A DNA stretch of 64,000 nucleotides from a virus. The stretch lies in IMG/VR virus record IMGVR_UViG_3300017991_000064, positions 1 through 64,000 of that record. One strand, given 5' to 3'. The notes below the pieces were generated by a model that worked only from the letters and a program-made list of their open reading frames with translations, did not search any database and had not been told where the DNA came from. The position numbers were made by a program, and so were the translations under genes. Shown here piece after piece: positions 36,943 to 46,569 of the stretch (its first letter is position 1; every line of letters begins with the position of its first letter).

Positions 36943-37704
36943 ATGCCTAAAACTAAAACTAAGGAAAAGAAAAAATCTACGAAGCGGAAGAAGAAGAAGG
37001 ATGAGGTAACTGAAGAACCAAAGAAGACTAAGAAGAAACGAGTTAGAAAGAAACCTACGAAGAAAGAAAAAGCCAAGAGGGCCAGAAGGTATAGAGAGCG
37101 GCGGCATACTCAGAAGGTTCAGGAAGAGATGACTCGTGAGTTAGAAAAGGGATCCATTGAATTAGAAGGAAAAATGGAATTCATTGAGAAAACCTTTGGA
37201 GTCAAAGATATAAAATTGGTGGCGTATCAATTCTATCAAACATTCTGCACATTAGCAGATGAAGAGGAACCTGAGGAAATATCTGAGATGGATGATGTAG
37301 CCACCAAGGGGAAGAAGAAAACAGTACAACTCTTCTCCCTCATCATGGCTCAGTTATTCAAATCTAAAACTACCGAGTTACTCCAGAGGGTAGAAAAAAC
37401 CATTAACCTTCAGGTTATTGATAACCTTGATGACCTTACTAAACTTCGCTATCATCGTAGCCTAACCAAAACCCGTTTGAAAGAAATCGAGCTTATTCTA
37501 GAGACTCTTATCAAAGTCATGAATCTACTGGATAGACGTACCCAAATGAAACAGGGGCAACTCCCTGGGGATCCCAGATTGTTAGGATACGATGGTAATC
37601 CAACCATAGTACCATTCAGGAAATCCAAGATAATACAAGCACTTATGGAGCCTGGTGTTAGTGATGCTAAACTAAAGAAAATTGAAAAAATCCTCGAGTG
37701 TTAA
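36943..37704 (+). CDS. Hypothetical protein, Lys-rich N-terminus
   Basis: 253 aa, AGGAGG RBS. Confidence 0.75.
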   Translation: MPKTKTKEKKKSTKRKKKKDEVTEEPKKTKKKRVRKKPTKKEKAKRARRYRERRHTQKVQEEMTRELEKGSIELEGKMEFIEKTFGVKDIKLVAYQFYQTFCTLADEEEPEEISEMDDVATKGKKKTVQLFSLIMAQLFKSKTTELLQRVEKTINLQVIDNLDDLTKLRYHRSLTKTRLKEIELILETLIKVMNLLDRRTQMKQGQLPGDPRLLGYDGNPTIVPFRKSKIIQALMEPGVSDAKLKKIEKILEC

Positions 37705-37849
37705 CCGTATGAGCAAGCCTTTTAATTTATGAAACCACCACATAAGAAGGCTATAGAAGGCATATAATAATAAATTGAAAGGAGGCATTAGTTTAATTAA
37801 ATAGGTTCATATATGAACCAAAACAAACTACCTTAACAGGAGGCAAAGA

Positions 37850-38536
37850 ATGGCTAAGAAGAAAGAGAAGAAGGAAACCGCAAAGAAGGCCAAGGGCAAG
37901 AAGGAGAACGCCAAGAAGATCAAAGGAAAGGACAAGAAGAAGAAGGACAAGAAGAAGTTCGAGAAGACCAGACTCAAGGATATCCATATCGAGGGTCTGA
38001 CAAAACGTGAAATCCGCCGTTCCTACAAGATCGTTGAAGCTGTTCTCCTGAAGCACATCCTCGAAGAGACAGAGTGCCCAGCACCCCTCGGCACCATGAA
38101 ACTCAAGGTGGGCAAACATCGCACCACGGGGGAACCGGTTCTCAGGATCAAATACAAATGGACCAAGAGTATCCGGAAGAGGGAATACTCCGAAGAAGAC
38201 CTCGAGAAACTGATCGAACAGCTCGGACTCGGAGAGATCCCAGAAGACATGGAAGAGGGAGATGAACCCAAGAGCAAGAAGAAGTCAAAGAAGAGCAAGA
38301 AATCCAAAAAGAAGGCCAAGGAAGAAGAGGACGAAGACGAAGATGATGATGACCTCGATATAGATGAAGAGGAGGACGAAGAGGAAGAGGAGGAGGAGAA
38401 ACCTAAGAAAAGCAAGAAGAAGAAGTCAAAGAAATCCAAAAAGTCAAAGAAGAAAGCCAAGGAAGAAGAGGACGAAGAGGAAGAAGAAGAGGGAGATGAT
38501 GATGATGACCTCGACCTCGACGACGATGACCTCTAA
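37850..38536 (+). CDS. HU-like nucleoid protein with Lys-rich and acidic low-complexity tails
   Basis: PLGTMKLKVGKHRTTGEPVLRIKYK resembles the HU beta-ribbon arm; AGGAGG RBS. Confidence 0.55.
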   Translation: MAKKKEKKETAKKAKGKKENAKKIKGKDKKKKDKKKFEKTRLKDIHIEGLTKREIRRSYKIVEAVLLKHILEETECPAPLGTMKLKVGKHRTTGEPVLRIKYKWTKSIRKREYSEEDLEKLIEQLGLGEIPEDMEEGDEPKSKKKSKKSKKSKKKAKEEEDEDEDDDDLDIDEEEDEEEEEEEKPKKSKKKKSKKSKKSKKKAKEEEDEEEEEEGDDDDDLDLDDDDL

Positions 38537-38564
38537 TCCATAATACTACACCAAGTACGAACAA

Positions 38565-38597
38565 GGAGGGGGCTCATTCAGTAGTCCCCTCTTTTTT
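38565..38597 (+). terminator. Rho-independent terminator
   Basis: GAGGGGGCT/AGTCCCCTC stem followed by a T-run. Confidence 0.8.
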
Positions 38598-38625
38598 ATG
38601 TAACCTACATTGGAGTTAATTAAAT

Positions 38626-39501
38626 ATGACCACACCCACCGCCTACACTGGAGACCTAGAGAAAGAGCTTCGTCGAAATAAGATCCTTCGCAAGAAGAAC
38701 CAGAATTATTATCTTAACTGCTCATTCTGTAGAGAACGGAATAAGAAACTACGAGTAAAGAAGATGCTACCATCAAACAGGTACATGTTTCATTGCTTCA
38801 AGTGTGATACCTCAGGAATCTTAGACTATCCTACACTCCAGGCACTTATAAGGTGGAATACTAAAACTTGGGATGCAAAGAAAAAGACTACCGACACAAA
38901 AGAAACCAAACCTTTCTACTCTGGGACCACAGAGAAATCATTTTTTCATCCACTGTTGATTGCATACTTAAAGAAAGATCGAAAGTTTACTAATCAAGAG
39001 ATTACCAGAATGGTTAATGCCTTTGGAATCTACTGGTGTGATGATGCAATCTACTTCACAAGCTTCTTCCGTGAGAAACCCATCTTCCTATTCAAAAAGA
39101 TACTGGGAAAGAAGGGATACCTCAATCAAACAGGATCCAAATTCCCCTTTAACTTCAATGCTGTATTCAACAACAGAGTCAACTATGTTATCCTTGTAGA
39201 AGGTGTTTTCGATGCTATTAGACTATGTGTTAATGGTTTCAATGCGATGGCTATGTTAGGAAAGAGTTTAGGAACACGGGGTCTATTAACATTTGAACGA
39301 TACATCTCTGATAAGCGTATCATCATTATGCTAGACGGAGATATCACAGATAATGAGGATAAGAAGTTGAAGGTGAAATTACAAAATCTATTACCCCGTA
39401 ATGAGATAAAACGTATTAGATTACCAGGGGGAGATCCAGATGAGTACTTCCAAGAAGAAAAACGAGTTCAGAAACTTCAAGGTATTATTAACTGTAAGTG
39501 A
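38626..39501 (+). CDS. DNA primase (Zn finger + TOPRIM)
   Basis: CSFC...CFKC, LVEGVFDA, MLDGD, DPDE. Confidence 0.9.
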   Translation: MTTPTAYTGDLEKELRRNKILRKKNQNYYLNCSFCRERNKKLRVKKMLPSNRYMFHCFKCDTSGILDYPTLQALIRWNTKTWDAKKKTTDTKETKPFYSGTTEKSFFHPLLIAYLKKDRKFTNQEITRMVNAFGIYWCDDAIYFTSFFREKPIFLFKKILGKKGYLNQTGSKFPFNFNAVFNNRVNYVILVEGVFDAIRLCVNGFNAMAMLGKSLGTRGLLTFERYISDKRIIIMLDGDITDNEDKKLKVKLQNLLPRNEIKRIRLPGGDPDEYFQEEKRVQKLQGIINCK

Positions 39502-40159
39502 ACTCCGTAGGTTCATTAAGAGACTCACCGGAGAGAGTGAACATACTGACCAAGAGATCTATGAAGCTATCATTACTTTCAAATCCAAAAGCCATAACCT
39601 GAAAGCTGGAAATATCAGTGGACACCTTATAGCTCAATTTTTTATAAAGTTATATGGGCACCTGTACGCTCTAAATAAGAATAGTAGTAGACGCGTAGTT
39701 AAATTTCTAAGGGAGCTCCAGTTGGATTTCCCAGATGTAGAAACCGAAGTTCTTCTAACAGCCTTTATTAAATTCATCAAGAGCAGATATAAAGGAAAAA
39801 CAAAACGACTCCCACAGGTTATCTCAAGTGTAAACAAAACTGCTTTCGTAGAGTACTATAAGTATAGTCGAAAATATTCGAAAGCTATAGACTATCTCCA
39901 GACACAAGATGTTATCGTAGACCATGACTCCCAAGGAGTAGAACTAGTAAAGAAGATTATCCAACTCTCAAAAGAATTTGGAATACCCAAGGCTGATAAA
40001 TTGTTTCTCAATATTGTCTCAGAGTTTATTACAAATGAGTATCAAGGTAAAGCATACTACTTCACAAGATACTGTTCTGTAGCTAACTTTATGCAATATG
40101 TTGAAGAAGAGAATAAGAAACGATACTACAGCATATTAAAACAGGCTCAGGGGGATTAA
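39440..40159 (+). CDS. Hypothetical protein (replication cluster)
   Basis: 239 aa between primase and helicase. Confidence 0.7.
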   Translation: MSTSKKKNEFRNFKVLLTVSELRRFIKRLTGESEHTDQEIYEAIITFKSKSHNLKAGNISGHLIAQFFIKLYGHLYALNKNSSRRVVKFLRELQLDFPDVETEVLLTAFIKFIKSRYKGKTKRLPQVISSVNKTAFVEYYKYSRKYSKAIDYLQTQDVIVDHDSQGVELVKKIIQLSKEFGIPKADKLFLNIVSEFITNEYQGKAYYFTRYCSVANFMQYVEEENKKRYYSILKQAQGD

Positions 40160-41598
40160 TGATTATACACTATAGACCTCGTGAAGAAAGGTCAGCCATT
40201 GAGATTGAATCTCTAGATGACATGAAATGGTACACTATTATTGAAAATCTTTTAACCATAGAAACACCAAAGAATCGATTATACTTCATTAATCAAAGAG
40301 CACGTGAAAAGGCTGCAAAGCGAAAACAAAAGTATGAAGACTGGGATGGCAAGAGATCCTTGCTCAAGAATGCTACCTTTCCCTCAGGTTTATTCTATCT
40401 CATCGTTAGAACACTAGACAAAGCAGGAGCAGAATTTGAAACTAATGTTGTACTACCTAAACACTGTCAGTACAAACTAAGGTTGAACAAAGAGTTCTGT
40501 AAAACATTAAGGCCTGCACAAAAGAAATCTGTTAATAAGATTCTAGCTCTTCATGAAAAATGGGGTTGGACTCGAAAGGTTCTAAACATACCCATAGGGA
40601 TTGGCAAGAGTTACATCCTAGCTAATTTCACAAAGATCTTTCCAGGAACCACATCGATTCTAGTAGTAGAGAGTAGATCCCTGTATGAACAGTATTTAGA
40701 GTACCCTGAGATAGTAGAATTAAACACAACTGGAGTTGTTCATGGAAAAGTTAATCTAACGATGGTAGACTTCTACAGAAAGAATTTCGAAGAGATTACT
40801 ACCATTGATATACACTTCTTACTGCTAGATGAAGTCCACCTAGAAGAAATCAAAGGTTCAGTAATGAAGTGGCCTGTGAAATATCTAATCTGCGGAATCA
40901 TAGGGTCAACAGCTACCCTACCTGATGATCGAGGAGAATTGTTACAGGTCATGTCTTATATTTCATCTAGTGTTTTCAAATTACGATACACAGATGCCTA
41001 CGAAAACCCCCCAAGGGTTCTAATCATAGAAAATAAGAAGGTTCACCCCGATTACATGCCTAGGATGAAATACGCTAAATTGTATACCCTCTGGGCTAAG
41101 GATCCTCATCGAAACAAAGGTTTACTCAGGTTGATTAGAATGTATCCAGAAAAGAAATTTGTGGTGATCTTTGAGAAAGTAACTAATCACCTTCTGCCTG
41201 TAGCAAAGTACCTTTCGAAGAAAGGCGTCTCTCTTAATATCATCTATGGCAAAGTGAAACCCAAAGAAAGAATGAAACGACAGCAAGACCTTAGAGATGA
41301 TAAGGTACAGGTCTCCTTAGTTTCCGGTGTTCTCAAGGCCGGTATAGATATTGATCAGGCAGATGTCCTGGTATTCTTCGCCCCATACTGTTCTAAAATT
41401 CCAGTAATACAATTCTCTGGGCGCATTATAAGGGGGGACGATGAATCAATCTCTAAGAAGCTTATCGTGGATTTTTATGACAGCAAGTATAAGCATTTCA
41501 GGACCCATGGAATAAAACGAAAAAGAATTTACCAGCAACAAGGTTGGAAAATTGAGAAGATGAATTTGGAGGATATGAACCAATTAAGACTATGGTAG
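40159..41598 (+). CDS. SF2 DNA helicase (UvsW-like)
   Basis: LRPAQ, PIGIGKS, LDEVH, TAT, GIDI, QFSGRIIR. Confidence 0.9.
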   Translation: MIIHYRPREERSAIEIESLDDMKWYTIIENLLTIETPKNRLYFINQRAREKAAKRKQKYEDWDGKRSLLKNATFPSGLFYLIVRTLDKAGAEFETNVVLPKHCQYKLRLNKEFCKTLRPAQKKSVNKILALHEKWGWTRKVLNIPIGIGKSYILANFTKIFPGTTSILVVESRSLYEQYLEYPEIVELNTTGVVHGKVNLTMVDFYRKNFEEITTIDIHFLLLDEVHLEEIKGSVMKWPVKYLICGIIGSTATLPDDRGELLQVMSYISSSVFKLRYTDAYENPPRVLIIENKKVHPDYMPRMKYAKLYTLWAKDPHRNKGLLRLIRMYPEKKFVVIFEKVTNHLLPVAKYLSKKGVSLNIIYGKVKPKERMKRQQDLRDDKVQVSLVSGVLKAGIDIDQADVLVFFAPYCSKIPVIQFSGRIIRGDDESISKKLIVDFYDSKYKHFRTHGIKRKRIYQQQGWKIEKMNLEDMNQLRLW

Positions 41599-41661
41599 AA
41601 TATAGTGATATTAAGCCTTTTAATAATAAATCCATTAAATCGAACCTAGAGAGGGTGAAAC

Positions 41662-42201
41662 ATGAAAGTATACTTGTATAGAATCCTAAACCTACCACGA
41701 AAGAAGTTTAATGAGTTTATCTACTCTATCAAACTCAGAAAGATAGGGCTGATAATTGCTAACTCAGATTCCTATCCTTACTTCTACTCAACTGTCGGTA
41801 GAAATGAGATTCTAAAACAAAAAGAGAAATGGGGGTTTTACTTTAAGCTCAAACGGATGAGGAAGGTAGATATCTCTCATGCCCAGATTTGGTTTAGGTC
41901 AATGCATCTTATTAGTGCAGGAGTAGAGTCAAATATATTACCTAAGGTAGTAATGAAAGCACTAGAAATACCCCTAAAGAGCCACGTTCTAATTACATTA
42001 AATGATCAAGCAGAATATGTAGGAGCTTTAATGCAAGTAGCTAGCAATAGTCTTACATTAGAACTGATAGGAGAAGAGGGTATTCATCTTGTTATACCCT
42101 ACAGAAGAATCATAGAACTATCAGTAGCACCAAAACAATTTGCTAAGAAGCTTGAAGAAACCCAAGCTAGACTTAGATACCTCAACGAAAATAAGGAGTA
42201 A
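41662..42201 (+). CDS. Hypothetical protein, possible Sm-like C-terminal domain
   Basis: VLITLNDQAEYVGAL...LVIPYRRIIEL. Confidence 0.55.
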   Translation: MKVYLYRILNLPRKKFNEFIYSIKLRKIGLIIANSDSYPYFYSTVGRNEILKQKEKWGFYFKLKRMRKVDISHAQIWFRSMHLISAGVESNILPKVVMKALEIPLKSHVLITLNDQAEYVGALMQVASNSLTLELIGEEGIHLVIPYRRIIELSVAPKQFAKKLEETQARLRYLNENKE

Positions 42202-42210
42202 TAGAACTCA

Positions 42211-43506
42211 ATGGAAGAAGTTAAACTTATCGTTGTGCTATTTTTGCTGATGCGAAGAAAGATTAAGGTCAGTCAGTACATCAGCAAGATTAGATTACTA
42301 CCAACCGAAATTCTCACAACAGAGTTCATAGAAAGTCTTCGAAAGAGTAATGCTAGGAAATTTCATGATCTCAAAACAAAATTCCTGGAGTACTATTCAA
42401 CCTGGGAATGGTACGATGATGAACTAGAAGTGAACTATGTAATAGTTAAAATGCGGAAGATGTACAAGAAGTACAGAAAACATTCCGATGATTACTTGCT
42501 TACCTTCGTAAAAGAAAAGTTCCAATCTTTAATTATCAACCATACTAACCAACAATTGCTAGAAGGTCATGATCTGGATAGACGATTCCAAATCCTTGAG
42601 CAGGGACATTCTTTAATCAAAGAATTTCGTGATGAGAAAAGAGCTAGGCAATCTCTAGACCTCAGTGATATGGAGCAGGTTAAAGCCTATGAAAAAGAAC
42701 TTAAGAGTAGGAAAGAAGAGATAGACTTCCGCATCAAAACTAAGTGGCCTACTCTGGATCAATACTTCTCTAATGGAACAGATCTTGGCTTAGCTTGTAG
42801 AAGGATCGTACTGTTATTCGGTATTGCTAAACGTTTCAAAACAACACTCATGTACAATGCTGCCCTAAGAGCTTATCACCAAGGATACAATGTTAGATTC
42901 TATACCCTGGAGATGTCTCTCGAAGATATCTTTGAGAAGAGCAAACTCATTGTTAATCCCATCGCGTTAGCCAAGGTAAAGAAAGATAAGGGAAGAAACA
43001 ACTTCTTCAAGGTCGAATACTATCCATCATACACCTTTGGTTTATCTAATCTTAACCAGGATCTTCAGAATGATAAGGATAAAGGGAATCCCACACATTG
43101 GGTTGGTATAGATTACATTGAGGTTATGTTTCATCGATTATTCACTACCCTTCGAAATTCGAGTGATAAGAGATTTGGAATTAATCAGCTCTACTACGGG
43201 CTCAGAGACTCAGTTAACTATTACAACTACATGCTCTGGACTATTTCACAGGCTAACAGAGGAGCAGTTAAGAAGAAAGGGAAGGCTGCAGAAAGTGGAG
43301 ATATCGCAGAAGATTGGTCTAAGGTGGCTGCTATCGATTACCTTCTCTCAACAAACCAAACACCTGACCAGAGAAAAGCCAGGATCATTATGTTAAAACT
43401 TCTAGAGTCTAGGTGGACAGATTGGGATAAACTCAAAACAGATGAGCTTTTCCTAAAGTATAAATCACCAACCCTTCTCTTCAAAGAGATTGTATCAAAA
43501 TTATAG
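42211..43506 (+). CDS. DnaB-like replicative helicase
   Basis: GIAKRFKT, TLEMS, IDYIEVM, SQANR, DIAED. Confidence 0.85.
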   Translation: MEEVKLIVVLFLLMRRKIKVSQYISKIRLLPTEILTTEFIESLRKSNARKFHDLKTKFLEYYSTWEWYDDELEVNYVIVKMRKMYKKYRKHSDDYLLTFVKEKFQSLIINHTNQQLLEGHDLDRRFQILEQGHSLIKEFRDEKRARQSLDLSDMEQVKAYEKELKSRKEEIDFRIKTKWPTLDQYFSNGTDLGLACRRIVLLFGIAKRFKTTLMYNAALRAYHQGYNVRFYTLEMSLEDIFEKSKLIVNPIALAKVKKDKGRNNFFKVEYYPSYTFGLSNLNQDLQNDKDKGNPTHWVGIDYIEVMFHRLFTTLRNSSDKRFGINQLYYGLRDSVNYYNYMLWTISQANRGAVKKKGKAAESGDIAEDWSKVAAIDYLLSTNQTPDQRKARIIMLKLLESRWTDWDKLKTDELFLKYKSPTLLFKEIVSKL

Positions 43507-43518
43507 GAGTTAATTTCT

Positions 43519-44538
43519 ATGGACTCGGTAAAAAATCAAGGAGTATTCATTGTAGGAGACATGCATGTTGAGATTACTCAATATGCTTTCAGGGGTAGAA
43601 TCGTAGAAATGATGCAGAAGATTAAAGAACATGAGTGTAAGAGTGTGATATGTCTGGGAGATTTCTTCAACTCCTGGCTACTTAATAACGATTCGCTCCA
43701 GATGTTCAGCTACTATATAAAGATGATGAGTAGGGTAGTTGACCATATCTCATTCATTCAGGGTAACCACGAACTACCTAAAACAAAAGAATTCACACCG
43801 ATCTTTGAAGTAATGCATACCTTGTTCCCCCAAATGAGCACTACTCTAACCTGGCATACTACACCTAGTTCTACATTCTCACACCCCAACCATAACCTTT
43901 ACATTATACCATTTTCTAAAGAATTAGACTACAACTTTCTAGAGAAGCAAGTAAAGGGTAGAATCGTTCTAGGGCATTTTGATATTAAACAAATTCGAAG
44001 AATTAGAAAGATGTCACCAAAGTATATTATCAGTGGACACTACCATACTCCCCAGAAGTTCAAGGGAGGAATGATTCTTGGTAGTTATGTTCCTATAGAA
44101 TTTGATCGGGACTACGAAGGAAAGAACTATTACGCTGTAATTAAACCGGATAACAAAATTAAGATCCGCTCATTTGAACATCAGATACAACAGAAGATTG
44201 TAGAGGTTAATGATAACGATGATGTAAAGGATCTCCTAAAAGAGCAGAAGAAACAAAAGAAGCGAGAAAAAAGAACACCCCGTGAGTTGGTTAAGGTGAT
44301 AGTTACTTCTAAGTCAGTTTCTCATGATGCTCTTAGTAGATTACTTTCTGAGAATGGATGCTCTAGAATTGAGTTTGATACCAGTGCTGAGATATTTCCA
44401 GAAGGTACCATACAAGAATTATACGAGAAATTTCTAGTCGACAAAGACCTCTTAATGAAAGTGAATCCAGGTCTTTATAGTGCTGTGATTTCTTCATTAG
44501 AACAATATGTAGATCCGGATGAGAATGATGATGACTGA
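43519..44538 (+). CDS. SbcD/Mre11 (gp47-like) nuclease
   Basis: GDMH, LGDFF, GNHE, GHF, SGHYH metallophosphoesterase motifs. Confidence 0.88.
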   Translation: MDSVKNQGVFIVGDMHVEITQYAFRGRIVEMMQKIKEHECKSVICLGDFFNSWLLNNDSLQMFSYYIKMMSRVVDHISFIQGNHELPKTKEFTPIFEVMHTLFPQMSTTLTWHTTPSSTFSHPNHNLYIIPFSKELDYNFLEKQVKGRIVLGHFDIKQIRRIRKMSPKYIISGHYHTPQKFKGGMILGSYVPIEFDRDYEGKNYYAVIKPDNKIKIRSFEHQIQQKIVEVNDNDDVKDLLKEQKKQKKREKRTPRELVKVIVTSKSVSHDALSRLLSENGCSRIEFDTSAEIFPEGTIQELYEKFLVDKDLLMKVNPGLYSAVISSLEQYVDPDENDDD

Positions 44539-45262
44539 GAGAATCAAGGGAGATCCCTACGCTAAAAAGTATAAAGTACGATTATCTCCAAAACAGGTGG
44601 CAGATATTGCATCGCAGTATAAGGAGAGAAAGAATATCCACCATGTTTCAAAACTATTGATTGAGGCCTATCATTTCTTTCTGTTAAAATGGGCTCGATA
44701 TTATGCTAACAAATTTCAAGGAGATGCTGCTATGTCTATAGAAGATTTTATGCAGGAGGGAAGAATAGCTCTTATACTAGCCCTAGAGAAATTTAATCCC
44801 GAGAAGGGAGCTTTTACCACAATAGCCTACTACTATGTTCGGAGGAAAATGAAAAGATTCCTTCAACAGAATGGTCGTAAAGAACACTATAAACGAAGTA
44901 AAGTTTATCAGAAAACCATTATCCCCATGAAGTTTGATGAAATTGATTTTATTAACTTTCCCGCTAGCTACGAAGCAGACAGTTTTGAACAGATTGAAAC
45001 CAAAGTAGACCAGGAAAATTTGTTAAGAGTAGGATTCTCAATCCTAACCAAGAGTGAAAGATATCTAGTAGAAAAATACTTCTTTGAAAACAAATCTCTT
45101 AAAGAGTTAGCATATATTTATGGAGTAACCAAAGAGGCGATTAGGCAAAGAAAGATAGTTATCTTAAACAAACTAAGAGAAAGAATCCAGGAGGTGTATC
45201 CAGATGAACAAGGAATTGAGGGAAGGATTGCAACAGAGAAGAAGAAAAAACGTACTAACTGA
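44519..45262 (+). CDS. Sigma70-family RNA polymerase sigma factor
   Basis: EDFMQEGRIALILALEKFNPEKGAFTTIAYYYVR (region 2), SLKELAYIYGVTKEAIRQ (region 4). Confidence 0.92.
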   Translation: MRMMMTERIKGDPYAKKYKVRLSPKQVADIASQYKERKNIHHVSKLLIEAYHFFLLKWARYYANKFQGDAAMSIEDFMQEGRIALILALEKFNPEKGAFTTIAYYYVRRKMKRFLQQNGRKEHYKRSKVYQKTIIPMKFDEIDFINFPASYEADSFEQIETKVDQENLLRVGFSILTKSERYLVEKYFFENKSLKELAYIYGVTKEAIRQRKIVILNKLRERIQEVYPDEQGIEGRIATEKKKKRTN

Positions 45263-45923
45263 ACAACGAGTATCTCATCTTACACAGATGGAAGATATTC
45301 TTTCCCACAGAAAAGCAGTTCAGCACGTAGCAGACCATCTTATTCACTTCTACCTTAATAACAACGAGGTAGGTCTAGCTCTAGCTATAGGGAAGAGAGC
45401 AGCAGAGCATGATGCAAGTAAGTTCGAAAAGGATGAATACCTAGGAATGTGTTCTGACACCAGAACCATTGCTCAGATGGGTGATGATGACAAGGGAGTA
45501 AAGATCGATCCTTGGAAAGCAATGGGTCCAGAAAAACGAAAGGCCGTGAGACTCCACTATCAAAGAAATCGACATCATCCAGAACACTTTCCGGGTAACA
45601 GGTATGAAACAGACATGACCCAGTTGGATGTTATTGAAATGTGTATAGATTGGTATGCTAGATCTATTCAATTCAATAACAATCCTATCGAGTTTCTTGA
45701 AATAGTTAGGAACGATCGCTACAACTTCTCAGATGCCTTCTATGCCAAAGTGAAATCATGTCTGGAGTTAATAGAGGTTTTAATCTCAACCGGAATAGGG
45801 AAGGATCATCGAGCTGACTTTTGTGAAACAGAGGTGGGTGAAAAGATATTCAAGAAATTCGAGACTTTCAAACGAAGTTGTAAACTAAGAGAAAGGAGGC
45901 CAAGGCGTCATGTCCACAGATAA
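45204..45923 (+). CDS. HD-like protein (DUF5662-type)
   Basis: H...HDASKF...HY..NRHHPEH...EMCIDW. Confidence 0.7.
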   Translation: MNKELREGLQQRRRKNVLTEQRVSHLTQMEDILSHRKAVQHVADHLIHFYLNNNEVGLALAIGKRAAEHDASKFEKDEYLGMCSDTRTIAQMGDDDKGVKIDPWKAMGPEKRKAVRLHYQRNRHHPEHFPGNRYETDMTQLDVIEMCIDWYARSIQFNNNPIEFLEIVRNDRYNFSDAFYAKVKSCLELIEVLISTGIGKDHRADFCETEVGEKIFKKFETFKRSCKLRERRPRRHVHR

Positions 45924-46557
45924 ACTTCAAAAGCAACTACTTGATAGGGCTATAAATGAAACCATTAATCAAGAAAAACTAGAGGGGAATAATCCATCCG
46001 CCTTGACCAAAGAAAAGCAAGAGGAAGCAATTACGAGACTAAAGGAAGCTCAGGAAGCATTAGCTCAGGATGAAAATTGGAGAGCTATGACAGAAGAAGA
46101 AAGCAACACCTGGGTAAATTGGTGTAATATCCTGGTGCCTAATAACATCAAAGAAAGCACACATTCCTTCTTTCTCAGGGGTATGAGTGAAGCCTTCGGT
46201 GAGCTGGCTCCCTCATTTAACATCTCAATCAACACCTTCCCCCAGAGGCTGTTAGAAGAATTTGGTTTGAAGAATATCAAAACAGCCAGAGATCTGAATA
46301 AGAATGCTGACCCTGGAGTTACCTACAAGAGTAAGATTATAAAGCTTGATCTAACCAGAACAGGTAACTCCAACCGTAAGACTACCTTTCAATCCAAGTG
46401 GAAAAATGCTCTTATTAGAGAGGTACTAAAACAAGATGCCCTTACAGAGATGGTAGTTCTTACGTGCATCTACGAGTATCGCCAGCAGTATCTAGGTTAT
46501 CTACCTAACTACATACGCTACATGGTGGAAGGGTACTTTCCCGAGGTAGCAAAGTAA
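45910..46557 (+). CDS. Hypothetical protein
   Basis: 215 aa, AGGAGG upstream. Confidence 0.7.
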   Translation: MSTDKLQKQLLDRAINETINQEKLEGNNPSALTKEKQEEAITRLKEAQEALAQDENWRAMTEEESNTWVNWCNILVPNNIKESTHSFFLRGMSEAFGELAPSFNISINTFPQRLLEEFGLKNIKTARDLNKNADPGVTYKSKIIKLDLTRTGNSNRKTTFQSKWKNALIREVLKQDALTEMVVLTCIYEYRQQYLGYLPNYIRYMVEGYFPEVAK

Positions 46558-46569
46558 AAGGTCATATAA

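Noticed and set aside
30905-38460. Poly-Ser/Phe minus-strand ORFs (30905-31357, 38023-38460) and similar antisense ORFs elsewhere
   Set aside because: They are reverse complements of Asp/Glu/Lys-rich genes and have no RBS
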